NCBI GenBank assembly: GCA_964016885.1
Contig: OZ024741.1
Location: 244,528,001 to 244,592,000 of the forward strand
Reading direction: 5' to 3'
Source of the DNA: Eledone cirrhosa
Taxonomy: Eukaryota
DNA: 64,000 bases
Below are positions 38,901 to 54,700 of the stretch, piece after piece. Position 1 is the first letter of the stretch; each line of letters begins with the position of its first letter. The position numbers and the translations under genes were made by a program. The notes below the pieces were generated by a model. That model did no database searches. It had not been told where the DNA came from and was given only the letters and a program-made list of their open reading frames with translations.

Positions 38901-41900
38901 GATCCGCCCACGGGTGGCCGGCCCACGATCTAAAATGTAACTCCGCCGGCAAATCCGCATTTTTGTGATTAGTTTCTTCGAAGCACACCATTCGCCGCCG
39001 GACTTGAGCTTCCTCATTTAGCATGGGCAGCTTTTCTTGAAAATCACACCACACTCAGCAAATGTGCGTCTGCACATGTACCAGTAATTACAGATCGATC
39101 GGACCACGGGCGGCCGGCTCACGATCGAAAAGGTAACTCCGCCGGCAAATCCGCATTTTTGTGATTCGTTTCTTCGAAGCACACCATTCGCCGCCGGACT
39201 TCAGCTTCCTCATTTAGCATGGGCAGCTTTTCTTGCAAATCACACTACACACAGCAAATCTGTGTCTGCACATGTACCAGTAACTACAGATCGATCCGAC
39301 CACGGGCGGCCGGCCCGCGATTGAAAAGGTAGCTCCGCCAGCAAATCGTCATTTTTTGATTCGTTTTCTTCGAAGCACACCATTCGCCGGCGGACTTTGT
39401 TGACGTTTAACACGGTTTGGTTCCACAGCCACAACTATTGATTTTACGGAGATATCTTGCTGAAATTCACGCCACACATACCCAATGAGTGTCTGCACAT
39501 GTACCAGTAATTACAGATCGATCCGCCCACGGGTGGCCGGCCCACGATCTAAAATGTAACTCCGCCGGCAAATCCGCATTTTTGTGATTAGTTTCTTCGA
39601 AGCACACCATTCGCCGCCGGACTTGAGCTTCCTCATTTAGCATGGGCAGCTTTTCTTGAAAATCACACCACACTCAGCAAATGTGCGTCTGCACATGTAC
39701 CAGTAATTACAGATCGATCGGACCACGGGCGGCCGGCTCACGATCGAAAAGGTAACTCCGCCGGCAAATCCGCATTTTTGTGATTCGTTTCTTCGAAGCA
39801 CACCATTCGCCGCCGGACTTCAGCTTCCTCATTTAGCATGGGCAGCTTTTCTTGCAAATCACACTACACACAGCAAATCTGTGTCTGCACATGTACCAGT
39901 AACTACAGATCGATCCGACCACGGGCGGCCGGCCCGCGATTGAAAAGGTAGCTCCGCCAGCAAATCGTCATTTTTTGATTCGTTTTCTTCGAAGCACACC
40001 ATTCGCCGGCGGACTTTGTTGACGTTTAACACGGTTTGGTTCCACAGCCACAACTATTGATTTTACGGAGATATCTTGCTGAAATTCACGCCACACATAG
40101 CCAATGATTGTCTGCACATGTACCAGTAATTACAGATCGATCCGACCACGGGTGGCCGGCCCGCGATTGAAAAGGTAACTCCGCCAGCAAATCGTCATTT
40201 TTGGATTCGTTTTCTTCGAAGCACACCATTCGCCGGCGGACTTTGTTGACGTTTAACACGGTTTGGTTCCACAGCCACAACTATTGATTTTACGGAGATA
40301 TCTTGCTGAAATTCACGCCACACATACCCAATGAGTGTCTGCACATGTACCAGTAAATACAAATCGATCCGCCCAAGGGTGGCCGGCCCACGATCTAAAA
40401 TGTAACTCCGCCGGCAAATCCGCATTTTTGTGATTAGTTTCTTCGAAGCACACCATTCGCCGCCGGACTTGAGCTTCCTCATTTAGCATGGGCAGCTTTT
40501 CTTGAAAATCACACCACACTCAGCAAATGTGTGTCTGCACATGTACCAGTAATTACAGATCGATCGGACCACGGGCGGCCGGCTCACGATCGAAAAGGTA
40601 ACTCCGCCGGCAAATCCGCATTTTTGTGATTCGTTTCTTCGAAGCACACCATTCGCCGCCGGACTTCAGCTTCCTCATTTAGCATGGGCAGCTTTTCTTG
40701 CAAATCACACTACACACAGCAAATCTGTGTCTGCACATGTACCAGTAACTACAGATCGATCCGACCACGGGCGGCCGGCCCGCGATTGAAAAGGTAACTC
40801 CGCCAGCAAATCGTCATTTTTTGATTCGTTTTCTTCGAAGCACACCATTCGCCGCCGGACTTTGTTGACGTTTAACACGGTTTGGTTCCACAGCCACAAC
40901 TATTGATTTTACGGAGATATCTTGCTGAAATTCACGCCACACATAGCCAATGAGTGTCTGCACATGTACCAGTAATTACAGATCGATCGGACCACGGGCG
41001 GCCGGTTTGCGATTGAAAAGGTAACTCCGCCGGCAAATCGTCATTTTTGGATTCGTTTTCTTCGAAGCACACCATTCGCCGGCGGACTTTGTTGACGTTT
41101 AACACGGTTTGGTTCCACAGCCACAACTATTGATTTTACGGAGATATCTTGCTGAAATTCACGCCACACATACCCAATGAGTGTCTGCACATGTACCAGT
41201 AATTACAGATCGATCCGCCCACGGGTGGCCGGCCCACGATCTAAAATGTAACTCCGCCGGCAAATCCGCATTTTTGTGATTAGTTTCTTCGAAGCACACC
41301 ATTCGCCGCCGGACTTGAGCTTCCTCATTTAGCATGGGCAGCTTTTCTTGAAAATCACACCACACTCAGCAAATGTGCGTCTGCACATGTACCAGTAATT
41401 ACAGATCGATCGGACCACGGGCGGCCGGCTCACGATCGAAAAGGTAACTCCGCCGGCAAATCCGCATTTTTGTGATTCGTTTCTTCGAAGCACACCATTC
41501 GCCGCCGGACTTCAGCTTCCTCATTTAGCATGGGCAGCTTTTCTTGCAAATCACACTACACACAGCAAATCTGTGTCTGCACATGTACCAGTAACTACAG
41601 ATCGATCCGACCACGGGCGGCCGGCCCGCGATTGAAAAGGTAGCTCCGCCAGCAAATCGTCATTTTTTGATTCGTTTTCTTCGAAGCACACCATTCGCCG
41701 GCGGACTTTGTTGACGTTTAACACGGTTTGGTTCCACAGCCACAACTATTGATTTTACGGAGATATCTTGCTGAAATTCACGCCACACATACCCAATGAG
41801 TGTCTGCACATGTACCAGTAATTACAGATCGATCCGCCCACGGGTGGCCGGCCCACGATCTAAAATGTAACTCCGCCGGCAAATCCGCATTTTTGTGATT

Positions 41901-44088
41901 AGTTTCTTCGAAGCACACCATTCGCCGCCGGACTTGAGCTTCCTCATTTAGCATGGGCAGCTTTTCTTGAAAATCACACCACACTCAGCAAATGTGCGTC
42001 TGCACATGTACCAGTAATTACAGATCGATCGGACCACGGGCGGCCGGCTCACGATCGAAAAGGTAACTCCGCCGGCAAATCCGCATTTTTGTGATTCGTT
42101 TCTTCGAAGCACACCATTCGCCGCCGGACTTCAGCTTCCTCATTTAGCATGGGCAGCTTTTCTTGCAAATCACACTACACACAGCAAATCTGTGTCTGCA
42201 CATGTACCAGTAACTACAGATCGATCCGACCACGGGCGGCCGGCCCGCGATTGAAAAGGTAACTCCGCCAGCAAATCGTCATTTTTTGATTCGTTTTCTT
42301 CGAAGCACACCATTCGCCGCCGGACTTTGTTGACGTTTAACACGGTTTGGTTCCACAGCCACAACTATTGATTTTACGGAGATATCTTGCTGAAATTCAC
42401 GCCACACATAGCCAATGAGTGTCTGCACATGTACCAGTAATTACAGATCGATCGGACCACGGGCGGCCGGTTTGCGATTGAAAAGGTAACTCCGCCGGCA
42501 AATCGTCATTTTTGGATTCGTTTTCTTCGAAGCACACCATTCGCCGGCGGACTTTGTTGACGTTTAACACGGTTTGGTTCCACAGCCACAACTATTGATT
42601 TTACGGAGATATCTTGCTGAAATTCACGCCACACATACCCAATGAGTGTCTGCACATGTACCAGTAATTACAGATCGATCCGCCCACGGGTGGCCGGCCC
42701 ACGATCTAAAATGTAACTCCGCCGGCAAATCCGCATTTTTGTGATTAGTTTCTTCGAAGCACACCATTCGCCGCCGGACTTGAGCTTCCTCATTTAGCAT
42801 GGGCAGCTTTTCTTGAAAATCACACCACACTCAGCAAATGTGCGTCTGCACATGTACCAGTAATTACAGATCGATCGGACCACGGGCGGCCGGCTCACGA
42901 TCGAAAAGGTAACTCCGCCGGCAAATCCGCATTTTTGTGATTCGTTTCTTCGAAGCACACCATTCGCCGCCGGACTTCAGCTTCCTCATTTAGCATGGGC
43001 AGCTTTTCTTGCAAATCACACTACACACAGCAAATCTGTGTCTGCACATGTACCAGTAACTACAGATCGATCCGACCACGGGCGGCCGGCCCGCGATTGA
43101 AAAGGTAGCTCCGCCAGCAAATCGTCATTTTTTGATTCGTTTTCTTCGAAGCACACCATTCGCCGGCGGACTTTGTTGACGTTTAACACGGTTTGGTTCC
43201 ACAGCCACAACTATTGATTTTACGGAGATATCTTGCTGAAATTCACGCCACACATACCCAATGAGTGTCTGCACATGTACCAGTAATTACAGATCGATCC
43301 GCCCACGGGTGGCCGGCCCACGATCTAAAATGTAACTCCGCCGGCAAATCCGCATTTTTGTGATTAGTTTCTTCGAAGCACACCATTCGCCGCCGGACTT
43401 GAGCTTCCTCATTTAGCATGGGCAGCTTTTCTTGAAAATCACACCACACTCAGCAAATGTGCGTCTGCACATGTACCAGTAATTACAGATCGATCGGACC
43501 ACGGGCGGCCGGCTCACGATCGAAAAGGTAACTCCGCCGGCAAATCCGCATTTTTGTGATTCGTTTCTTCGAAGCACACCATTCGCCGCCGGACTTCAGC
43601 TTCCTCATTTAGCATGGGCAGCTTTTCTTGCAAATCACACTACACACAGCAAATCTGTGTCTGCACATGTACCAGTAACTACAGATCGATCCGACCACGG
43701 GCGGCCGGCCCGCGATTGAAAAGGTAGCTCCGCCAGCAAATCGTCATTTTTTGATTCGTTTTCTTCGAAGCACACCATTCGCCGGCGGACTTTGTTGACG
43801 TTTAACACGGTTTGGTTCCACAGCCACAACTATTGATTTTACGGAGATATCTTGCTGAAATTCACGCCACACATAGCCAATGATTGTCTGCACATGTACC
43901 AGTAATTACAGATCGATCCGACCACGGGTGGCCGGCCCGCGATTGAAAAGGTAACTCCGCCAGCAAATCGTCATTTTTGGATTCGTTTTCTTCGAAGCAC
44001 ACCATTCGCCGGCGGACTTTGTTGACGTTTAACACGGTTTGGTTCCACAGCCACAACTATTGATTTTACGGAGATATCTTGCTGAAAT
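32142..44088 (+). repeat. Three copies of an 18-mer HOR (3776, 4395 and 3776 bp)
   Basis: The marker monomer AAATACAAATCGATCCGCCCAAGGG starts at 32142, 35918 and 40313. The unit is SS-LL-SS-L-SS-LL-SS-L-SS-LL (10 S + 8 L = 3776 bp). The middle copy has one extra LSS (619 bp). Confidence 0.92.
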
Positions 44089-47000
44089 TCACGCCACACA
44101 TACCCAATGAGTGTCTGCACATGTACCAGTAATTACAGATCGATCCGCCCACGGGTGGCCGGCCCACGATCTAAAATGTAACTCCGCCGGCAAATCCGCA
44201 TTTTTGTGATTAGTTTCTTCGAAGCACACCATTCGCCGCCGGACTTGAGCTTCCTCATTTAGCATGGGCAGCTTTTCTTGAAAATCACACCACACTCAGC
44301 AAATGTGTGTCTGCACATGTACCAGTAACTACAGATCGATCCGACCACGGGCGGCCTGCCCACGATCGAAAAGGTAACTCCGCAGGCAAATTCGCACTTT
44401 TGTGATTCGTTTCTTCGAAGCACACCATTCGCTGGTGGTCTTCAGCTTCCTCATTTAGCATGGGCAGCTTTTCTTGAAAATCACACCACACTCAGCAAAT
44501 CTGTGTCTGCACATGTACCAGTAATTACAGATCGATCCGACCACGGGTGGCCGGCCCGCGATTGAAAAGGTAACTCCGCCAGCAAATCGTCATTTTTGGA
44601 TTCGTTTTCTTCGAAGCACACCATTCGCCGCCGGACTTGAGCTTCCTCATTTAGCATGGGCAGCTTTTCTTGAAAATCACACCACACTCAGCAAATGTGT
44701 GTCTGCACATGTACCAGTAATTACAGATCGATCGGACCACGGGCGGCCGGCTCACGATCGAAAAGGTAACTCCGCCGGCAAATCCGCATTTTTGTGATTC
44801 GTTTCTTCGAAGCACACCATTCGCCGCCGGACTTCAGCTTCCTCATTTAGCATGGGCAGCTTTTCTTGCAAATCACACTACACACAGCAAATCTGTGTCT
44901 GCACATGTACCAGTAACTACAGATCGATCCGACCACGGGCGGCCGGCCCACGATCGAAAAGGTAACTCCGCCGGCAAATCGTCATTTTTGGATTCGTTTT
45001 CTTCGAAGCACACCATTCGCCGGCGGACTTTGTTGACGTTTAACACGGTTTGGTTCCACAGCCACAACTATTGATTTTACGGAGATATCTTGCTGGAATT
45101 CACGCCACACATACCCAATGAGTGTCTGCACATGTACCAGTAATTACAGATCGATCCGCCCACGGGTGGCCGGCCCACGATCTAAAATGTAACTCCGCCG
45201 GCAAATCCGCATTTTTGTGATTAGTTTCTTCGAAGCACACCATTCGCCGCCGGACTTGAGCTTCCTCATTTAGCATGGGCAGCTTTTCTTGAAAATCACA
45301 CTACACACAGCAAATCTGTGTCTGCACATGTACCAGTAACTACAGATCGATCCGACCACGGGCGGCCGGCCCGCGATTGAAAAGGTAGCTCCGCCAGCAA
45401 ATCGTCATTTTTTGATTCGTTTTCTTCGAAGCACACCATTCGCCGGCGGACTTTGTTGACGTTTAACACGGTTTGGTTCCACAGCCACAACTATTGATTT
45501 TACGGAGATATCTTGCTGAAATTCACGCCACACATAGCCAATGATTGTCTGCACATGTACCAGTAATTACAGATCGATCCGACCACGGGTGGCCGGCCCG
45601 CGATTGAAAAGGTAACTCCGCCAGCAAATCGTCATTTTTGGATTCGTTTTCTTCGAAGCACACCATTCGCCGGCGGACTTTGTTGACGTTTAACACGGTT
45701 TGGTTCCACAGCCACAACTATTGATTTTACGGAGATATCTTGCTGAAATTCACGCCACACATACCCAATGAGTGTCTGCGCATGTACCAGTAATTACAGA
45801 TCGATCCGCCCACGGGTGGCCGGCCCACGATCTAAAATGTAACTCCGCCGGCAAATCCGCATTTTTGTGATTAGTTTCTTCGAAGCACACCATTCGCCGC
45901 CGGACTTGAGCTTCCTCATTTAGCATGGGCAGCTTTTCTTGAAAATCACACCACACTCAGCAAATGTGTGTCTGCACATGTACCAGTAACTACAGATCGA
46001 TCCGACCACGGGCGGCCTGCCCACGATCGAAAAGGTAACTCCGCAGGCAAATTCGCACTTTTGTGATTCGTTTCTTCGAAGCACACCATTCGCTGGTGGT
46101 CTTCAGCTTCCTCATTTAGCATGGGCAGCTTTTCTTGAAAATCACACCACACTCAGCAAATCTGTGTCTGCACATGTACCAGTAATTACAGATCGATCCG
46201 ACCACGGGTGGCCGGCCCGCGATTGAAAAGGTAACTCCGCCAGCAAATCGTCATTTTTGGATTCGTTTTCTTCGAAGCACACCATTCGCCGCCGGACTTG
46301 AGCTTCCTCATTTAGCATGGGCAGCTTTTCTTGAAAATCACACCACACTCAGCAAATGTGTGTCTGCACATGTACCAGTAATTACAGATCGATCGGACCA
46401 CGGGCGGCCGGCTCACGATCGAAAAGGTAACTCCGCCGGCAAATCCGCATTTTTGTGATTCGTTTCTTCGAAGCACACCATTCGCCGCCGGACTTCAGCT
46501 TCCTCATTTAGCATGGGCAGCTTTTCTTGCAAATCACACTACACACAGCAAATCTGTGTCTGCACATGTACCAGTAACTACAGATCGATCCGACCACGGG
46601 CGGCCGGCCCACGATCGAAAAGGTAACTCCGCCGGCAAATCGTCATTTTTGGATTCGTTTTCTTCGAAGCACACCATTCGCCGGCGGACTTTGTTGACGT
46701 TTAACACGGTTTGGTTCCACAGCCACAAGTATTGATTTTACGGAGATATCTTGCTGAAATTCACGCCACACATACCCAATGAGTGTCTGCACATGTACCA
46801 GTAATTACAGATCGATCCGCCCACGGGTGGCCGGCCCACGATCTAAAATGTAACTCCGCCGGCAAATCCGCATTTTTGTGATTAGTTTCTTCGAAGCACA
46901 CCACTCGCCGCCGGACTTGAGCTTCCTCATTTAGCATGGGCAGCTTTTCTTGAAAATCACACCACACTCAGCAAATGTGTGTCTGCACATGTACCAGTAA

Positions 47001-50000
47001 TTACAGATCGATCGGACCACGGGCGGCCGGCTCACGATCGAAAAGGTAACTCCGCCGGCAAATCCGCATTTTTGTGATTCGTTTCTTCGAAGCACACCAT
47101 TTGCCGCCGGACTTCAGCTTCCTCATTTAGCATGGGCAGCTTTTCTTGCAAATCACACTACACACAGCAAATCTGTGTCTGCACATGTACCAGTAACTAC
47201 AGATCGATCCGACCACGGGCGGCCGGCCCACGATCGAAAAGGTAACTCCGCCGGCAAATCGTCATTTTTGGATTCGTTTTCTTCGAAGCACACCATTCGC
47301 CGGCGGACTTTGTTGACGTTTAACACGGTTTGGTTCCACAGCCACAACTATTGATTTTACGGAGATATCTTGCTGGAATTCACGCCACACATACCCAATG
47401 AGTGTCTGCACATGTACCAGTAATTACAGATCGATCCGCCCACGGGTGGCCGGCCCACGATCTAAAATGTAACTCCGCCGGCAAATCCGCATTTTTGTGA
47501 TTAGTTTCTTCGAAGCACACCATTCGCCGCCGGACTTGAGCTTCCTCATTTAGCATGGGCAGCTTTTCTTGAAAATCACACCACACTCAGCAAATGTGTG
47601 TCTGCACATGTACCAGTAATTACAGATCGATCGGACCACGGGCGGCCGGCTCACGATCGAAAAGGTAACTCCGCCGGCAAATCCGCATTTTTGTGATTCG
47701 TTTCTTCGAAGCACACCATTCGCCGCCGGACTTCAGCTTCCTCATTTAGCATGGGCAGCTTTTCTTGCAAATCACACTACACACAGCAAATCTGTGTCTG
47801 CACATGTACCAGTAACTACAGATCGATCCGACCACGGGCGGCCGGCCCGCGATTGAAAAGGTAACTCCGCCAGCAAATCGTCATTTTTTGATTCGTTTTC
47901 TTCGAAGCACACCATTCGCCGCCGGACTTTGTTGACGTTTAACACGGTTTGGTTCCACAGCCACAACTATTGATTTTACGGAGATATCTTGCTGAAATTC
48001 ACGCCACACATAGCCAATGAGTGTCTGCACATGTACCAGTAATTACAGATCGATCGGACCACGGGCGGCCGGTTTGCGATTGAAAAGGTAACTCCGCCGG
48101 CAAATCGTCATTTTTGGATTCGTTTTCTTCGAAGCACACCATTCGCCGGCGGACTTTGTTGACGTTTAACACGGTTTGGTTCCACAGCCACAACTATTGA
48201 TTTTACGGAGATATCTTGCTGAAATTCACGCCACACATACCCAATGAGTGTCTGCACATGTACCAGTAATTACAGATCGATCCGCCCACGGGTGGCCGGC
48301 CCACGATCTAAAATGTAACTCCGCCGGCAAATCCGCATTTTTGTGATTAGTTTCTTCGAAGCACACCATTCGCCGCCGGACTTGAGCTTCCTCATTTAGC
48401 ATGGGCAGCTTTTCTTGAAAATCACACCACACTCAGCAAATGTGCGTCTGCACATGTACCAGTAATTACAGATCGATCGGACCACGGGCGGCCGGCTCAC
48501 GATCGAAAAGGTAACTCCGCCGGCAAATCCGCATTTTTGTGATTCGTTTCTTCGAAGCACACCATTCGCCGCCGGACTTCAGCTTCCTCATTTAGCATGG
48601 GCAGCTTTTCTTGCAAATCACACTACACACAGCAAATCTGTGTCTGCACATGTACCAGTAACTACAGATCGATCCGACCACGGGCGGCCGGCCCGCGATT
48701 GAAAAGGTAGCTCCGCCAGCAAATCGTCATTTTTTGATTCGTTTTCTTCGAAGCACACCATTCGCCGGCGGACTTTGTTGACGTTTAACACGGTTTGGTT
48801 CCACAGCCACAACTATTGATTTTACGGAGATATCTTGCTGAAATTCACGCCACACATAGCCAATGATTGTCTGCACATGTACCAGTAATTACAGATCGAT
48901 CCGACCACGGGTGGCCGGCCCGCGATTGAAAAGGTAACTCCGCCAGCAAATCGTCATTTTTGGATTCGTTTTCTTCGAAGCACACCATTCGCCGGCGGAC
49001 TTTGTTGACGTTTAACACGGTTTGGTTCCACAGCCACAACTATTGATTTTACGGAGATATCTTGCTGAAATTCACGCCACACATACCCAATGAGTGTCTG
49101 CACATGTACCAGTAATTACAGATCGATCCGCCCACGGGTGGCCGGCCCACGATCTAAAATGTAACTCCGCCGGCAAATCCGCATTTTTGTGATTAGTTTC
49201 TTCGAAGCACACCATTCGCCGCCGGACTTGAGCTTCCTCATTTAGCATGGGCAGCTTTTCTTGAAAATCACACCACACTCAGCAAATGTGTGTCTGCACA
49301 TGTACCAGTAACTACAGATCGATCCGACCACGGGCGGCCTGCCCACGATCGAAAAGGTAACTCCGCAGGCAAATTCGCACTTTTGTGATTCGTTTCTTCG
49401 AAGCACACCATTCGCTGGTGGTCTTCAGCTTCCTCATTTAGCATGGGCAGCTTTTCTTGAAAATCACACCACACTCAGCAAATCTGTGTCTGCACATGTA
49501 CCAGTAATTACAGATCGATCCGACCACGGGTGGCCGGCCCGCGATTGAAAAGGTAACTCCGCCAGCAAATCGTCATTTTTGGATTCGTTTTCTTCGAAGC
49601 ACACCATTCGCCGCCGGACTTGAGCTTCCTCATTTAGCATGGGCAGCTTTTCTTGAAAATCACACCACACTCAGCAAATGTGTGTCTGCACATGTACCAG
49701 TAATTACAGATCGATCGGACCACGGGCGGCCGGCTCACGATCGAAAAGGTAACTCCGCCGGCAAATCCGCATTTTTGTGATTCGTTTCTTCGAAGCACAC
49801 CATTCGCCGCCGGACTTCAGCTTCCTCATTTAGCATGGGCAGCTTTTCTTGCAAATCACACTACACACAGCAAATCTGTGTCTGCACATGTACCAGTAAC
49901 TACAGATCGATCCGACCACGGGCGGCCGGCCCACGATCGAAAAGGTAACTCCGCCGGCAAATCGTCATTTTTGGATTCGTTTTCTTCGAAGCACACCATT

Positions 50001-51712
50001 CGCCGGCGGACTTTGTTGACGTTTAACACGGTTTGGTTCCACAGCCACAACTATTGATTTTACGGAGATATCTTGCTGGAATTCACGCCACACATACCCA
50101 ATGAGTGTCTGCACATGTACCAGTAATTACAGATCGATCCGCCCACGGGTGGCCGGCCCACGATCTAAAATGTAACTCCGCCGGCAAATCCGCATTTTTG
50201 TGATTAGTTTCTTCGAAGCACACCATTCGCCGCCGGACTTGAGCTTCCTCATTTAGCATGGGCAGCTTTTCTTGAAAATCACACCACACTCAGCAAATGT
50301 GCGTCTGCACATGTACCAGTAATTACAGATCGATCGGACCACGGGCGGCCGGCTCACGATCGAAAAGGTAACTCCGCCGGCAAATCCGCATTTTTGTGAT
50401 TCGTTTCTTCGAAGCACACCATTCGCCGCCGGACTTCAGCTTCCTCATTTAGCATGGGCAGCTTTTCTTGCAAATCACACTACACACAGCAAATCTGTGT
50501 CTGCACATGTACCAGTAACTACAGATCGATCCGACCACGGGCGGCCGGCCCGCGATTGAAAAGGTAGCTCCGCCAGCAAATCGTCATTTTTTGATTCGTT
50601 TTCTTCGAAGCACACCATTCGCCGGCGGACTTTGTTGACGTTTAACACGGTTTGGTTCCACAGCCACAACTATTGATTTTACGGAGATATCTTGCTGAAA
50701 TTCACGCCACACATAGCCAATGATTGTCTGCACATGTACCAGTAATTACAGATCGATCCGACCACGGGTGGCCGGCCCGCGATTGAAAAGGTAACTCCGC
50801 CAGCAAATCGTCATTTTTGGATTCGTTTTCTTCGAAGCACACCATTCGCCGGCGGACTTTGTTGACGTTTAACACGGTTTGGTTCCACAGCCACAACTAT
50901 TGATTTTACGGAGATATCTTGCTGAAATTCACGCCACACATACCCAATGAGTGTCTGCGCATGTACCAGTAATTACAGATCGATCCGCCCACGGGTGGCC
51001 GGCCCACGATCTAAAATGTAACTCCGCCGGCAAATCCGCATTTTTGTGATTAGTTTCTTCGAAGCACACCATTCGCCGCCGGACTTGAGCTTCCTCATTT
51101 AGCATGGGCAGCTTTTCTTGAAAATCACACCACACTCAGCAAATGTGTGTCTGCACATGTACCAGTAACTACAGATCGATCCGACCACGGGCGGCCTGCC
51201 CACGATCGAAAAGGTAACTCCGCAGGCAAATTCGCACTTTTGTGATTCGTTTCTTCGAAGCACACCATTCGCTGGTGGTCTTCAGCTTCCTCATTTAGCA
51301 TGGGCAGCTTTTCTTGAAAATCACACCACACTCAGCAAATCTGTGTCTGCACATGTACCAGTAATTACAGATCGATCCGCCCACGGGTGGCCGGCCCACG
51401 ATCTAAAATGTAACTCCGCCGGCAAATCCGCATTTTTGTGATTAGTTTCTTCGAAGCACACCACTCGCCGCCGGACTTGAGCTTCCTCATTTAGCATGGG
51501 CAGCTTTTCTTGAAAATCACACCACACTCAGCAAATGTGTGTCTGCACATGTACCAGTAATTACAGATCGATCGGACCACGGGCGGCCGGCTCACGATCG
51601 AAAAGGTAACTCCGCCGGCAAATCCGCATTTTTGTGATTCGTTTCTTCGAAGCACACCATTTGCCGCCGGACTTCAGCTTCCTCATTTAGCATGGGCAGC
51701 TTTTCTTGCAAA
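44089..51712 (+). repeat. Mosaic HOR zone of LLSSSS, LLSS, LSS and one LS block
   Basis: L monomers start at 44873, 45296, 45523, 46534, 47153, 47772, 47999, 48618, 48845, 49856, 50475 and 50702. The GCACTTTT/GGTGGTCTT monomer recurs at 44285, 45946, 49268 and 51125. Confidence 0.88.
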
Positions 51713-54700
51713 TCACACTACACACAGCAAATCTGTGTCTGCACATGTACCAGTAACTACAGATCGATCCGACCACGGGCGGCCGGCCCACGATCGAAAA
51801 GGTAACTCCGCCGGCAAATCGTCATTTTTGGATTCGTTTTCTTCGAAGCACACCATTCGCCGGCGGACTTTGTTGACGTTTAACACGGTTTGGTTCCACA
51901 GCCACAACTATTGATTTTACGGAGATATCTTGCTGGAATTCACGCCACACATACCCAATGAGTGTCTGCACATGTACCAGTAATTACAGATCGATCCGCC
52001 CACGGGTGGCCGGCCCACGATCTAAAATGTAACTCCGCCGGCAAATCCGCATTTTTGTGATTAGTTTCTTCGAAGCACACCATTCGCCGCCGGACTTGAG
52101 CTTCCTCATTTAGCATGGGCAGCTTTTCTTGAAAATCACACCACACTCAGCAAATGTGTGTCTGCACATGTACCAGTAATTACAGATCGATCGGACCACG
52201 GGCGGCCGGCTCACGATCGAAAAGGTAACTCCGCCGGCAAATCCGCATTTTTGTGATTCGTTTCTTCGAAGCACACCATTCGCCGCCGGACTTCAGCTTC
52301 CTCATTTAGCATGGGCAGCTTTTCTTGCAAATCACACTACACACAGCAAATCTGTGTCTGCACATGTACCAGTAACTACAGATCGATCCGACCACGGGCG
52401 GCCGGCCCACGATCGAAAAGGTAACTCCGCCGGCAAATCGTCATTTTTGGATTCGTTTTCTTCGAAGCACACCATTCGCCGGCGGACTTTGTTGACGTTT
52501 AACACGGTTTGGTTCCACAGCCACAACTATTGATTTTACGGAGATATCTTGCTGGAATTCACGCCACACATACCCAATGAGTGTCTGCACATGTACCAGT
52601 AATTACAGATCGATCCGCCCACGGGTGGCCGGCCCACGATCTAAAATGTAACTCCGCCGGCAAATCCGCATTTTTGTGATTAGTTTCTTCGAAGCACACC
52701 ATTCGCCGCCGGACTTGAGCTTCCTCATTTAGCATGGGCAGCTTTTCTTGAAAATCACACCACACTCAGCAAATGTGTGTCTGCACATGTACCAGTAATT
52801 ACAGATCGATCGGACCACGGGCGGCCGGCTCACGATCGAAAAGGTAACTCCGCCGGCAAATCCGCATTTTTGTGATTCGTTTCTTCGAAGCACACCATTC
52901 GCCGCCGGACTTCAGCTTCCTCATTTAGCATGGGCAGCTTTTCTTGCAAATCACACTACACACAGCAAATCTGTGTCTGCACATGTACCAGTAACTACAG
53001 ATCGATCCGACCACGGGCGGCCGGCCCACGATCGAAAAGGTAACTCCGCCGGCAAATCGTCATTTTTGGATTCGTTTTCTTCGAAGCACACCATTCGCCG
53101 GCGGACTTTGTTGACGTTTAACACGGTTTGGTTCCACAGCCACAAGTATTGATTTTACGGAGATATCTTGCTGAAATTCACGCCACACATACCCAATGAG
53201 TGTCTGCACATGTACCAGTAATTACAGATCGATCCGCCCACGGGTGGCCGGCCCACGATCTAAAATGTAACTCCGCCGGCAAATCCGCATTTTTGTGATT
53301 AGTTTCTTCGAAGCACACCACTCGCCGCCGGACTTGAGCTTCCTCATTTAGCATGGGCAGCTTTTCTTGAAAATCACACCACACTCAGCAAATGTGTGTC
53401 TGCACATGTACCAGTAATTACAGATCGATCGGACCACGGGCGGCCGGCTCACGATCGAAAAGGTAACTCCGCCGGCAAATCCGCATTTTTGTGATTCGTT
53501 TCTTCGAAGCACACCATTTGCCGCCGGACTTCAGCTTCCTCATTTAGCATGGGCAGCTTTTCTTGCAAATCACACTACACACAGCAAATCTGTGTCTGCA
53601 CATGTACCAGTAACTACAGATCGATCCGACCACGGGCGGCCGGCCCACGATCGAAAAGGTAACTCCGCCGGCAAATCGTCATTTTTGGATTCGTTTTCTT
53701 CGAAGCACACCATTCGCCGGCGGACTTTGTTGACGTTTAACACGGTTTGGTTCCACAGCCACAACTATTGATTTTACGGAGATATCTTGCTGGAATTCAC
53801 GCCACACATACCCAATGAGTGTCTGCACATGTACCAGTAATTACAGATCGATCCGCCCACGGGTGGCCGGCCCACGATCTAAAATGTAACTCCGCCGGCA
53901 AATCCGCATTTTTGTGATTAGTTTCTTCGAAGCACACCATTCGCCGCCGGACTTGAGCTTCCTCATTTAGCATGGGCAGCTTTTCTTGAAAATCACACCA
54001 CACTCAGCAAATGTGTGTCTGCACATGTACCAGTAATTACAGATCGATCGGACCACGGGCGGCCGGCTCACGATCGAAAAGGTAACTCCGCCGGCAAATC
54101 CGCATTTTTGTGATTCGTTTCTTCGAAGCACACCATTCGCCGCCGGACTTCAGCTTCCTCATTTAGCATGGGCAGCTTTTCTTGCAAATCACACTACACA
54201 CAGCAAATCTGTGTCTGCACATGTACCAGTAACTACAGATCGATCCGACCACGGGCGGCCGGCCCACGATCGAAAAGGTAACTCCGCCGGCAAATCGTCA
54301 TTTTTGGATTCGTTTTCTTCGAAGCACACCATTCGCCGGCGGACTTTGTTGACGTTTAACACGGTTTGGTTCCACAGCCACAACTATTGATTTTACGGAG
54401 ATATCTTGCTGGAATTCACGCCACACATACCCAATGAGTGTCTGCACATGTACCAGTAATTACAGATCGATCCGCCCACGGGTGGCCGGCCCACGATCTA
54501 AAATGTAACTCCGCCGGCAAATCCGCATTTTTGTGATTAGTTTCTTCGAAGCACACCATTCGCCGCCGGACTTGAGCTTCCTCATTTAGCATGGGCAGCT
54601 TTTCTTGAAAATCACACCACACTCAGCAAATGTGCGTCTGCACATGTACCAGTAATTACAGATCGATCGGACCACGGGCGGCCGGCTCACGATCGAAAAG

